This document shows positions 49,342-59,460 of a stretch of 64,000 nucleotides of DNA, one piece after another. The notes under the pieces were generated by a model. That model had not been told where the DNA came from. It saw nothing but the letters and a program-made list of their open reading frames with translations, and did no database searches. The stretch is from positions 64,001 to 128,000 of the IMG/VR virus record IMGVR_UViG_3300021255_004427; one strand, given 5' to 3'. Each line of letters opens with the position of its first letter. Position 1 is the stretch's first letter. The position numbers and the translations under genes were made by a program. Source of the DNA: a virus. Lineage: Duplodnaviria; Caudoviricetes.

Positions 49342-51303
49342 ATGCCACAAAAAATACGCCTTCGTGACTTAGACCCCTCGCTTAGAGCGCTTATCGCCGG
49401 CGGGGAAACCACGGACGGACAATTAAACCTTCTTCTTTCTCAGTATAGGAAGAAGAGCGAAGTAATCAAGGAACAGGATATTGATGCGGACTACCGTAAT
49501 GGTATCTACTCCAGGATTAATGAAGTGAAATCTAAATTAGAGGCTCACTTGGCTCAAGCTCTTGTTGTCGCAGCCAAGGATTTAGACCCAGCTCTACTTC
49601 AGAGGATTAGCGGTCTGGAGGATAAGGTCGGCGCGATTAAACCTGGAAAAGATTATGAGGCTGAAATAAAAGCCCTGCAAAACAGCATTAAAGAGCTTCG
49701 CGACATTATTGACGCGCTAAATGTTGAGGGGATTAATCGCACACTTACTTCCTTATCAGCCTCAATCGACTCTGCTCAAAATGAAATTAATCAGATTAAG
49801 GTTCTGAACAATACATTTTTAAACAGGTTTTCTACTGTCGAAAACACATTAGCTAATAAAAGAGACAAAAATGTTTCGATTAAAGAGTCCGATTTGGATG
49901 CCGCCGTTGTCGATAAAATAAACAAAGGTGTAACGGCGTTAACAAAGACAGAAACGCTAACAAAAACAGTAAACGAAGGCTTAAATAAAAAGCGCGATAA
50001 GGACGTTCTAATTAGCGAAGACGACCTTGACTCTGGTGTTCGTAGTAAATTAAATACTCTAGCAGAAGTTAATGAAGCAGTTACTTCTCTGCCCGCGGAA
50101 ATACAACTACTGCTCGCGAAAAAACGAGATAAAGATGTCCCTATCGCAGAAATAGATTTAAATGACAGCATTAACGAACAACTTGCGCATATACGAGAAA
50201 TCGACAACACTATTTCCAATCTGTCTGTATCCATTGATAATAAGTTAAACGGAAAACGAGATAAAAGCGTTCTTATCGGCCGCAATGACTTAAGCAAGCC
50301 TGTCAATGACACATTAGACAAAATTGACTCTTTGGCTTCGCAAGTTAATACGTATAAGACAAATATGGAATCCGCACTTGCCAATAAACGAGATAAAGAC
50401 GTAACCATTAAGAAAAGTGACTTAGACTCAGAAGTGATTCAAGAGTTTAATCGTATTGATAATTTATCAAGCAAAATCGATACGGTGAAATCGGATATGA
50501 CAACGCTCCTCAACGGCAAAAGAGATAAGAACGTAGCGATTAAGAAAAACGATTTGGACTCAGCCGTAACTCAAGAGCTAGATAAAATCACACCGCTTGT
50601 TAACCGTTTTAATTCATTTGAAATATCAATCAATAATTCGTTGGATACTAAACGTAGCAAAAATGTGTTAATCAATGAAACAGATCTGGACTCAGCGCTT
50701 CAAAGCAAAATAAACCGTGGCGAGGTAGCTTTAAACTCCGTCAATGGATTGTCAGCCAGAATGAATAAATTTCCCCAAGTTGCGGTTGGCGACTACTTAT
50801 CATGCAATACAGAAGACGGGGTTGTACAGGGTAAAAAGCTTTTCAATCAAATGTATTCCGTAGCAGACGAAGCCGATAAGGGCGCGTTGGTAAGTAACGC
50901 TTCGGTTTCTACACTTTTTGTTCGTAGCACTGGAAAAGTGTATAAAAAAAAGAATGGAAGCTTTACTGAGAATGCTAGTTTCTTTAAAAACAATCCTAGT
51001 TATTGGAACGCTTTTATAACTGACCAGACTTCTAACGTTATAGTTGCTTACGTATTAAGTGGTGGACAAGTTCTCCGCTTTAACGTGAAAGAACAGAGAA
51101 AAACCGCTACGTTAAATGCAGGTGCAAGCATTTCATTTGCTTGTATAAATGCTATGTCGGTTCCAGTTCGGGTATTAGCTAAAGAATCTGGCGGCAAATA
51201 TACTCCAGCTGATGGAGTAATTAGCGTTTTGTATGAGGCCGGTTCTTATACACTCCGAAATGAATCCGATGAAAATTTAAGCGTTGTAGTTATAGAGGGA
51301 TAA
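49342..51303 (+). CDS. Fibre-like coiled-coil protein with seven 44-aa repeats
   Basis: KR(D/S)KxVxIxxxDL motif at exact 132-nt spacing from 49858 to 50650. Confidence 0.65.
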   Translation: MPQKIRLRDLDPSLRALIAGGETTDGQLNLLLSQYRKKSEVIKEQDIDADYRNGIYSRINEVKSKLEAHLAQALVVAAKDLDPALLQRISGLEDKVGAIKPGKDYEAEIKALQNSIKELRDIIDALNVEGINRTLTSLSASIDSAQNEINQIKVLNNTFLNRFSTVENTLANKRDKNVSIKESDLDAAVVDKINKGVTALTKTETLTKTVNEGLNKKRDKDVLISEDDLDSGVRSKLNTLAEVNEAVTSLPAEIQLLLAKKRDKDVPIAEIDLNDSINEQLAHIREIDNTISNLSVSIDNKLNGKRDKSVLIGRNDLSKPVNDTLDKIDSLASQVNTYKTNMESALANKRDKDVTIKKSDLDSEVIQEFNRIDNLSSKIDTVKSDMTTLLNGKRDKNVAIKKNDLDSAVTQELDKITPLVNRFNSFEISINNSLDTKRSKNVLINETDLDSALQSKINRGEVALNSVNGLSARMNKFPQVAVGDYLSCNTEDGVVQGKKLFNQMYSVADEADKGALVSNASVSTLFVRSTGKVYKKKNGSFTENASFFKNNPSYWNAFITDQTSNVIVAYVLSGGQVLRFNVKEQRKTATLNAGASISFACINAMSVPVRVLAKESGGKYTPADGVISVLYEAGSYTLRNESDENLSVVVIEG

Positions 51304-51307
51304 TTAA

Positions 51308-53056
51308 ATGGCACTATTAAAATGGTTTAAAGAACGGTTGGCAAATGGCACTCCCGTCTGGGAGGGTATTTATGATAACGCCATTCGCAATCGATTAAGA
51401 CGAGATAAAAATTTAGCTGATTTGACTGATAGAGCTGAGGCCCGAAAAAATCTGGATCTTGTTGGTGAAGTAGAAACTCACTGGCATGACACAAGATATA
51501 TGCCTCACATTAACAAACTTAGAACAGACGCAAACAACCTTCGCACAGATCTTACTGCTGATGAAAAAGTAATTAATAATAATGTCCAGAGACTTAATGG
51601 TCACGACACGGAAATCGATAAGTTAAAAAACAGAACTACCAAGGTTGAAGGAAGGGCCGGCGTTTTAGAAGGCAGGGCGGACTCCTTAGAATCGCGAGCC
51701 ACTAAGGTAGAAACCAGAGCTTCCTCCTTGGAAGGTCGGGCAGACAGTCTTGAAACAAGAACTTCCAAAGTGGAGGGGCGCTGCGGCACACTTGAAAACG
51801 ATGTATCTAACTTAAAAACTTCTAAGACAAATTTAGAAACTCGCGCCACCAAATTAGAAGGACGCGCAACTACATTAGAAGGACGCGCAACTACATTGGA
51901 AGGACGCGCAGATACACTAGATGGTGAAGTATCTACATTAAAAAACCGTGCTACCAAATTGGAAAGTCGAGCAACCGACTTAGAAACTAGAGCCACGAAA
52001 GTGGAGGGGCGCGCTTCTAAACTGGAATCAAGATGTGTTACTATTGAAGGTGACGCGGCAAAACTTACGAGTCGCGTCAGCTCTCTCGAAAAGAAAACAT
52101 GGATAGAAAAGGCCGGACATGCAACGTCGGCTGACTCGGCAACAACAGCTGGGTCGGCTACCACGGCATCTGAAGCTACCCACGCTTCTACGGCAGACAA
52201 AGCTGACTCGGCAACCACAGCAGGTTCTGCTAATAAAGCCAAAGAAGCTGATCATGCCTTATCGGCTGATAGTGCCACAAAAGCCAGTGAGGCCAATTAT
52301 GCTACTAAAGCCGGATCAGCAGACAGTGCAACCAAAGCTGGAAGTGCTACAAAAGCGGACTCGGCTGACAATGCTAAGGAAGCTGGTCATGCTGCTAAAG
52401 CAGACACTGCAACCAAAGCTGATAGTGCGACTAAAGCTACTAATGATGGTTCTAATCGAAATATCGCAAATACGTATGCAACAAAAGATGAGCTTAATTC
52501 TGTACAGCAAGCTATGATGTCCGCAGTACCTATTGGATGTATACTCCCGTATGCAGGTAGCCCACAGAGTATCCCTAGTGGATGGAAAATCTGTGATGGA
52601 AAAAATGGTACGCCGGACCTGCGTGATCGTTTCATTGTTGGAGCCGGTGGAAGCTTTAACATTAATACAAGAGGCGGAGAAATTACAAAGAAGCTTACCG
52701 TAGATATGCTGCCCGAGCATCGTCATACATTCTTCGCTGCAGGAAGTACAGACTCGGATGGTCACGGTGGAATTCATAGTGCAGTGCAAACAATATCTGA
52801 CGGTATTACTGGTGTAGCTATCACGAACGGTGTTTATGACGAAAAATCGCCTGTTGGTAGAGAGGCAGGCGGTGGTGGTCGTCAGAGCACCAATACGGGC
52901 GAACGTACGGGGTCTCTCTATAGAAATGGAACAAAATATTCTGGTGTTAACTCTAATGGTGATATTTCTTTGAATGGAGAAACAGCGAGCATACAGCAGG
53001 GCATAGATATTATGCCGCCGTATCATGCGCTCTACTACATCATGCACACGGGTTAA
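51308..53056 (+). CDS. Tail fibre with heptad coiled coil, Ala-rich repeats and a tail-collar domain
   Basis: NLADLTDRAEARKNL; LEGRAxx heptads; ADSA repeats; VPIGCILPYAGS...PSGWKICDGKNGTPDLRDRFIVGAG collar; MPPYHALYYIM terminus. Confidence 0.8.
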   Translation: MALLKWFKERLANGTPVWEGIYDNAIRNRLRRDKNLADLTDRAEARKNLDLVGEVETHWHDTRYMPHINKLRTDANNLRTDLTADEKVINNNVQRLNGHDTEIDKLKNRTTKVEGRAGVLEGRADSLESRATKVETRASSLEGRADSLETRTSKVEGRCGTLENDVSNLKTSKTNLETRATKLEGRATTLEGRATTLEGRADTLDGEVSTLKNRATKLESRATDLETRATKVEGRASKLESRCVTIEGDAAKLTSRVSSLEKKTWIEKAGHATSADSATTAGSATTASEATHASTADKADSATTAGSANKAKEADHALSADSATKASEANYATKAGSADSATKAGSATKADSADNAKEAGHAAKADTATKADSATKATNDGSNRNIANTYATKDELNSVQQAMMSAVPIGCILPYAGSPQSIPSGWKICDGKNGTPDLRDRFIVGAGGSFNINTRGGEITKKLTVDMLPEHRHTFFAAGSTDSDGHGGIHSAVQTISDGITGVAITNGVYDEKSPVGREAGGGGRQSTNTGERTGSLYRNGTKYSGVNSNGDISLNGETASIQQGIDIMPPYHALYYIMHTG

Positions 53057-53066
53057 CTGCAATGAC

Positions 53067-53100
53067 AGGCCGCTCATAAAACTGGGCGGCTTATTATTTT
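53067..53100 (+). terminator. Intrinsic terminator-like hairpin
   Basis: AGGCCGCTCA-TAAAAC-TGGGCGGCTT followed by ATTATTTT. Confidence 0.7.
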
Positions 53101-53219
53101 ACAACCTAAATGTGTAAAAGGACAATAACACTTGTTCAAAAATGACTCCGTAGTAGTAATATACGATCAGAATTAACCTCATAAAAACAAGCAAACGAAA
53201 AGAAAGTTGGTGTGCTTCA

Positions 53220-56200
53220 TTGACTCTCCCATATAGCCGGAAATTCAATTCTGGTCGACAGTCAGAGCAGTTCTATAATGAAGAGCTGCATAAAATATAT
53301 GAATCCACGAAGCATTTAACAGATAGCCCGCCAGCAAATCAAGAGCCCACGGCAAAGTTACATCGTTCCATGTGGCATGATGAAAAACATAACCAGCTCA
53401 AATGGTGGGATAAAATAAACAGCAAGTGGCGCACGTACTATGAAAAAGAATTCAAGATTACGGGCGAAATTATGTCCATATTGCCTCCGGAGGCACCGGT
53501 TTACGGGCAGCTCTGGTTACATAACGGAGTTCTTTGCTATTACGATGGCGTAAATTGGAATCCTGTAAAGGCTCTCCTACAGGATGGTTCTCAGTTCTCT
53601 TTGGATGTGTTCAAGAACTTTATTATGGTGTCCCCTCTGTGGAAAATTGGAGACACTATCGTCGGCGATAAAGAATTGGAAATGTTCATTAAGGAAGAGC
53701 GAAAATACCTCCAAGGGATCTTGGATGCAAAAACAGACTCTATGATAACAGGTGACGGAACGGAATGGGATCTTAAGTATCAGGCCGACGTAGACTATCC
53801 TCAATTGCCAGCCACACCTATAGATAAAAAAGTTCAGCTCCTCGTGCCAAATATCGATTACGGTAGGCTGTTTTTAGGACACCTTCTAGATTCGGATAAA
53901 TATGAAGAAATATCAAAGGTCTGTATCCAGTATCAGCGCAACGATATTATTAACAAGGGGCCGTCACTCATTCATTTGAACCCTGGGCGCATCACAAAAA
54001 TCACGAAGCGCTTGATTATGATTGACCGTGAAAATCCGCGCATACAAATTCTGGCAGGAAACACAGAGTTCTATGGTTTCCACGAAGGCAATCCTCTTGG
54101 CGATTTGTTGATTCCAGACCAGAACTACCAGAATGAAGATGGAACTCTCGGAAGTCTATTTAAAGACTATACTATGGTGGAAGACGGCATTCTGCTGTCA
54201 TATGATGCTGCGCAAAACTATGACTACGTTCTGGCTATCACATATGAATTCAGCTGGATGAAGAGCACAGGCAGAATGTCCCGGGGCAGCAACCATGATA
54301 ACAGTAACTGCTTCTATGTAGACAATTTTGTTGGTCCGTTGAACGTCTTTGTTGAAGGCTATGACCTGGAGGACCCGTATTTTGAAGAAGATGGAATGGA
54401 TCAAACCGTTACCGTCAAAGAAAAAGTGGATGGGCTTACGGTCTCCATGCTGCATACCCCTAGCCGAGAATATGGCTATATTCGCAGAATCGACGTTAAT
54501 AACAATGCAGTCATCCGCCCGCTAAGAAACTACAAACAGCCGCTGCTATTTGTAAACGGGCAAGCAATGCATCCCAAATACGACAATATCCAATGGAATT
54601 CGGATGGTACAATAACGATACCCGGCGGAAAGATGGATATGATGTGGAGCATCGTTGACCTTTCGGGTACGCAGGAAGACGGCGCGAATGGCATTGTTGA
54701 GTTCACCGCTCCGATAACTTCTGGTCTTGTTGGTCAGGACGGGAAAATTAGCTATGCTGCTGGTTTTATTCCGGACGCATCCGTAACCAATGCGGTACTC
54801 TTTATCGACGGTTTGTTGGTAAAAAAAGAAGACATCATTATAGAACGGGCAACCCGCAAGATAACGATTAGCGGCGGACTCAATCCTGGACAGGAATACA
54901 TCCTCATCTACGATAAGTATAATTGGCTTTACGACGAAAAGTATATCACGCCGGCATTGCCAGTAGGTAAGTTTACCGATTCCCTGGTATACATGAATGG
55001 GCATTTGCTTTGCAATGGCGAAGCTCTGGATGTGGTTGCAAAACCGTACCACCAGAAAATTGAGCCGGACGGCACGACAAGCATGGAACCGTACCCCGGC
55101 ATATTCAATGAAGTAAAATGCTTCAAAACAGTAACTTTGGCGGCAGATGGTTTTACCGAATTAGTTACGCGCGACTATCGTGTATATGATCCAAAAGAGC
55201 AAAAGTGGAATCCAATACAGTCTTACCAGGTTGCAGGTATTAAAGGATTTGCTTATAGCTATGAAGATATGCCTAAGAGCGTTCACCTCCTAATACCGTA
55301 CGACACCACAGATGATATAAGGATTTTTGCTTTTAACACTGCGAATTCGGTCGAACACCCTCTTATTGTTGGCAATATCCTGGCAGACAATGACCACCCC
55401 ATTCTCACTGTCGGTAACGGCAAATATTGGGACGCCAATCAAGGGAGAGAAGTTCCGTTCTCCGATCCAAACCGGAACAGACTTGCGACCCCGTTCATAT
55501 TTGGTAAGAACACGTTGCGTGTATGGTGTAACGGTATTCGTCAGTACCCGGCAGTAGAAAACAAATGTGACGGTATTGTTGAATACATGGACGGAAACGC
55601 AGAAGTGGATGGCAGCGGTAATGCATTCCGACTCCCAGAACCGTTTTCTGGTAAAATCACCTATGCAATAGAACTGCCAGATACTGGTGCTGGTAAATCG
55701 TGTTCCATGGAAGTGTTAAATCACAAAAACGTCCTTCCGGGGTACGTCAATATGTATAAGACAGAACTGCCAATGTTCCCTGGTAGGGTAACGATATATG
55801 TTAACGGAATTCGGTTGCCGGAAAACCAGTACAGTGTTATGGATAACCATACGATTCTTATTGATAACGAGCAGGCTCTTATTGGTAGCAGCCGTAATTA
55901 TCCCAAGGAAACATTGGTCGCTAACCGGAAAAAGTACACGCTTGAGCATAAGCAGGACGACTTAATTCTCGTAGAAGTGCGTCAGGACGAAAGAGTAGAA
56001 GCGACCATAGAATGCCAGGGGCATCCCGTATACGAGTTGCCTATCGAAAAATATGAGCTTGATCCGGCCGTGTTGGAGCCGGCTGACGAAATGATGATTT
56101 TTGTCAACGGACTGTACTTTGGCCCTAAAATGAATGATGGTTATAAGTGCAATGTACTTCGCGGCAGCATCTCGGTAACTCAGGAAGATACTTTAGAAAT

Positions 56201-56330
56201 CATGAACCATGACGAGGAGGATATTTTCCTGAAAGGTAACGAAGAATACCATAAGACAAATTATGCCGCGATGACCGATGGCAAAAGATATGAGCAAAAG
56301 AATGCCACGCTAACTTTAGAATGGAGATAA
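53220..56330 (+). CDS. Large virion structural protein with repeated beta-domains
   Basis: 1036 aa, TTG start; recurring (V/L)(F/Y)(V/I)(N/D)G motifs (LFVNGQ, LFIDGL, VYMNGH, VWCNGI, IYVNGI, IFVNGL). Confidence 0.55.
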   Translation: MTLPYSRKFNSGRQSEQFYNEELHKIYESTKHLTDSPPANQEPTAKLHRSMWHDEKHNQLKWWDKINSKWRTYYEKEFKITGEIMSILPPEAPVYGQLWLHNGVLCYYDGVNWNPVKALLQDGSQFSLDVFKNFIMVSPLWKIGDTIVGDKELEMFIKEERKYLQGILDAKTDSMITGDGTEWDLKYQADVDYPQLPATPIDKKVQLLVPNIDYGRLFLGHLLDSDKYEEISKVCIQYQRNDIINKGPSLIHLNPGRITKITKRLIMIDRENPRIQILAGNTEFYGFHEGNPLGDLLIPDQNYQNEDGTLGSLFKDYTMVEDGILLSYDAAQNYDYVLAITYEFSWMKSTGRMSRGSNHDNSNCFYVDNFVGPLNVFVEGYDLEDPYFEEDGMDQTVTVKEKVDGLTVSMLHTPSREYGYIRRIDVNNNAVIRPLRNYKQPLLFVNGQAMHPKYDNIQWNSDGTITIPGGKMDMMWSIVDLSGTQEDGANGIVEFTAPITSGLVGQDGKISYAAGFIPDASVTNAVLFIDGLLVKKEDIIIERATRKITISGGLNPGQEYILIYDKYNWLYDEKYITPALPVGKFTDSLVYMNGHLLCNGEALDVVAKPYHQKIEPDGTTSMEPYPGIFNEVKCFKTVTLAADGFTELVTRDYRVYDPKEQKWNPIQSYQVAGIKGFAYSYEDMPKSVHLLIPYDTTDDIRIFAFNTANSVEHPLIVGNILADNDHPILTVGNGKYWDANQGREVPFSDPNRNRLATPFIFGKNTLRVWCNGIRQYPAVENKCDGIVEYMDGNAEVDGSGNAFRLPEPFSGKITYAIELPDTGAGKSCSMEVLNHKNVLPGYVNMYKTELPMFPGRVTIYVNGIRLPENQYSVMDNHTILIDNEQALIGSSRNYPKETLVANRKKYTLEHKQDDLILVEVRQDERVEATIECQGHPVYELPIEKYELDPAVLEPADEMMIFVNGLYFGPKMNDGYKCNVLRGSISVTQEDTLEIMNHDEEDIFLKGNEEYHKTNYAAMTDGKRYEQKNATLTLEWR

Positions 56331-56334
56331 TAAC

Positions 56335-58503
56335 ATGATTAAACCAGGACATACAAGCCTGAACATGGAAGACATTTCGGAGGACTTACGCGTTGTCCAT
56401 CGCCACATTGCTAAGGTGGCTCCTTCAACAACAGACCCTAACACGGGTGCTGAGGTCTTTATGCGTCAGGATGGGGATATTAACAAGCCTGTCCTCCCGA
56501 ACTATCGTAATAAAATTGTCAAAGCAGATGATGTAGATCTCGTTGGCGGGATTGAAGCGGGAAGAATCGCGGTTGCTGTAAGCAAGGACAATCGAACAAC
56601 TATAGATAACGCCATGAAGCTCAATGGCCATCCTGCTGAAGACTTTACGACAGCAGAAAAGGGCAGGAAGATGGAAGAGGCCACGGAGCAGGTTACGCTG
56701 CATTACGGCAATGACATCGCCTCAATTCGCGATGAGCTTTACCAGCTTAAACACGCACTTGAGAAAAACGGCCTTATCCACTTAACCAATGAGCATTTTG
56801 GCTATAACGATACGTTCCGAAATGGACATAAACCGTATGAATATGAAGAGCTGGGACGGCCGACAATTGACTGTCCCTCGGCCGACAAAATCCGTCTTGA
56901 CGAAGAAGCAGTTAAGAAGCTCGATGTAGGCGACTTTATTGCTATCTACTTCCGTGACGAAGAAAAAGTGGATGTTGTTCAGATTGCATCCATCGGAGCT
57001 GATGGCCAGACTCTGACATTGGATGAGGGTATGACGCATGGCAACATGACTAAGGAAAACATCATTGTTTATAAAAGCTATGGTGTATCCCGCGACGGCA
57101 ACTTCTATTTCGCTCGCGACGTAGAATTTAAAGTCGGTGATGAAAATATTTGGACGGGACTTGACGACGATACCACGGTATCTCTTTACCGCCCCGTATC
57201 TGAGGAGCAGAGTTCCTATGGCTACGGATTCCGAATTCCGGAAAGTAAACAGGGCTTCCTGACCAAGTTCCAGATTTACGCACACGCCATTGGAACGCCG
57301 ACGCTTACCTGCTACATTTTTGATGAACAGGATATTGGCAATTTTAAGAATCCGGTACAGGCAGAAAACCTCTATAAAAGTGGTGATGTGAACGCAGATG
57401 GCGAACCGAAGATGCACTTCTTCGCAAAATCCAACCCTGTAAATCTTGACCCTACGCTGGGTGAGCATATTGTTACATTCGATTTCTGGAATGCAGAGTC
57501 TGAATCTTATCCTCTTGTAATGCGTAAGGATACGCCGACAAATCGCGTCCGTTATGTAGCAGTTATTTGCGGGACCTTTGTGGATGACAATAACTATGCA
57601 AATGTACGATTCATTATGAATGCTGGAGGAAAAGGCGGCGACCTGGAAACCAACAATAAGGTATACCGCTACACCGAGCAGCTGGATACTTCCGTAACGC
57701 CGGCACTTTCACACAACACGGAAGATGACGGCAAGGACATGTATTATGCGGTCATTATGCGAGAAGCAATTGAGCACGAGATGGACGCACAGAACCGTGG
57801 TTTGTATTCGGCCATCATAACCAGTCCAAAAGGTATGCCGGTCTCAAGAGCAAGGCTTACCATGCGTATTAAGCGCGAAGGCGGACTTTGGGATGCAAAC
57901 ATCTCTGAACCAAACGTCTACGGCATTAGTGAAAGAGTATCATTCCCAACAGAAGTGTTTAAAAACTTCCCCGAAAGAAAGGCTTCCTTTAGAACAGCAG
58001 ACACTCTCGGCCTGCAAGATGATATTCGTTTGCCAATGGAGTTAAGAAATACTGCTGGCGTATATACGAGAAAACCTGATACCATTATCGGCAACAACAT
58101 CGTAAAAGGGACGCCAAATACGACCTCGATTGTTCCAAGTGAGCCGATCATCGTTAAACCGGACGATATGGTGTATCGCAATGCATACCAGGTTTCCGTA
58201 AAGGGTAAGATGTATGAATACGACGCAAACAAAAAACAGTTTGTTGTAACTTCACAGAGTAAGGTGTTCCTTAAGCCTATCGCCGTAATTCCGGACGGCT
58301 GCAAGGATAAGAAAGACGTATATTCTGACCGCATTATCTGGGAGGGCGACTTCCGGACAAAAGAAGGTAATCCTCTTTATTTTAACGAGTTGGAATTGCA
58401 GGTTTTCTGGCATAAGCCTGCGTTCTCTGAACTTACAACTGTTGCAACAGAACAGATGGGCGTTATTCACGACCTCATTTTCTCTACCGACAGAACGGTG
58501 TAA
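56335..58503 (+). CDS. Putative structural protein
   Basis: 722-aa ORF; DNAMKLNGHPAEDF fibre-like motif; co-oriented. Confidence 0.5.
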   Translation: MIKPGHTSLNMEDISEDLRVVHRHIAKVAPSTTDPNTGAEVFMRQDGDINKPVLPNYRNKIVKADDVDLVGGIEAGRIAVAVSKDNRTTIDNAMKLNGHPAEDFTTAEKGRKMEEATEQVTLHYGNDIASIRDELYQLKHALEKNGLIHLTNEHFGYNDTFRNGHKPYEYEELGRPTIDCPSADKIRLDEEAVKKLDVGDFIAIYFRDEEKVDVVQIASIGADGQTLTLDEGMTHGNMTKENIIVYKSYGVSRDGNFYFARDVEFKVGDENIWTGLDDDTTVSLYRPVSEEQSSYGYGFRIPESKQGFLTKFQIYAHAIGTPTLTCYIFDEQDIGNFKNPVQAENLYKSGDVNADGEPKMHFFAKSNPVNLDPTLGEHIVTFDFWNAESESYPLVMRKDTPTNRVRYVAVICGTFVDDNNYANVRFIMNAGGKGGDLETNNKVYRYTEQLDTSVTPALSHNTEDDGKDMYYAVIMREAIEHEMDAQNRGLYSAIITSPKGMPVSRARLTMRIKREGGLWDANISEPNVYGISERVSFPTEVFKNFPERKASFRTADTLGLQDDIRLPMELRNTAGVYTRKPDTIIGNNIVKGTPNTTSIVPSEPIIVKPDDMVYRNAYQVSVKGKMYEYDANKKQFVVTSQSKVFLKPIAVIPDGCKDKKDVYSDRIIWEGDFRTKEGNPLYFNELELQVFWHKPAFSELTTVATEQMGVIHDLIFSTDRTV

Positions 58504-58511
58504 ATCGAAAC

Positions 58512-58540
58512 AGCCGCCCTCTAAGTGGGCGGCTTTTGTT
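58512..58540 (+). terminator. Intrinsic terminator
   Basis: AGCCGCCC-TCTAAGT-GGGCGGCT followed by TTTGTT. Confidence 0.8.
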
Positions 58541-58605
58541 ATACCCGGACACAATAAAGCGGCAAAGATGGTAATACCACGATAGCACTAATTTTTGGAG
58601 GAAAT

Positions 58606-59460
58606 ATGGCGAACATAACGAATACCGACGAGCTTGTCGATAATATAAAGACCTTGACCACACCAATAGATTTGCCGGCGGGAACATTTAACGAAAAAAT
58701 GAGCGCCAGCGAAGTAAATGGTCTTTTCCAGGGCATAGAGACATGCCTAAACAAACTATATGAAAAACTCCGTATGCTGGAAGACCTACATACGTTTAGT
58801 GAAGAATATATTAAGAACGAATTTAATAAAGTGAAACCCGAGCTGGATGACGCTATTGTAAAACTTGACCAGGCAGAAGAAGATTATTCAAACACGAAAA
58901 CAAAGGCGAATTTGCTTACGTTTGTCGGCGGCAATGTAATGACAGATCGCGATGGCTCCTCAATAAACTCTGCACAGATAGTCGATGGAGATGTTATCCT
59001 GGCCGGCTCTGTTAATATCTTAGAAGCAATACCAGCGAAGGTGGTTGTCAACTCTTCGGATATCCCGTATAGAAGAAGTAAAATGCCGGCAGACAACTAC
59101 AAAACTTTTTATGCAATGGAGTCTATGCCGAGTGAGCCGGTTAAAGAGTCAATTGACCTCTTTTTTGCGCGCCCGACCATAATCAATTTTATGAAGACAT
59201 CCGCATTTAACTCCGCAATTAGTAATGTTGCAATCTATAAGTCGAATGATGATGTAGTTAATATTGATCCGGGTACAATGGTTTTTCCAGAATGTACGGC
59301 AACTGGCATACATATGGATTTAACAGGTGGTAAAATCGAGCCGGTTGTTACGGAGATAACTGGCGAGAAGGACACATTCTGTGACCTCGAAGAAGAATAT
59401 GAATTGGATGTGCTGGACAGCATATTTGAAAAACATGTAAAGGACAATGGTGGGGAATAA
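58606..59460 (+). CDS. Hypothetical (likely structural) protein
   Basis: 284 aa; RBS GGAGG; N-terminal coiled coil. Confidence 0.55.
   Translation: MANITNTDELVDNIKTLTTPIDLPAGTFNEKMSASEVNGLFQGIETCLNKLYEKLRMLEDLHTFSEEYIKNEFNKVKPELDDAIVKLDQAEEDYSNTKTKANLLTFVGGNVMTDRDGSSINSAQIVDGDVILAGSVNILEAIPAKVVVNSSDIPYRRSKMPADNYKTFYAMESMPSEPVKESIDLFFARPTIINFMKTSAFNSAISNVAIYKSNDDVVNIDPGTMVFPECTATGIHMDLTGGKIEPVVTEITGEKDTFCDLEEEYELDVLDSIFEKHVKDNGGE

Noticed and set aside
46897-53056. Diversity-generating retroelement or invertase shufflon acting on fibre tips
   Set aside because: No reverse transcriptase, recombinase or adenine-variant template repeat seen in the window
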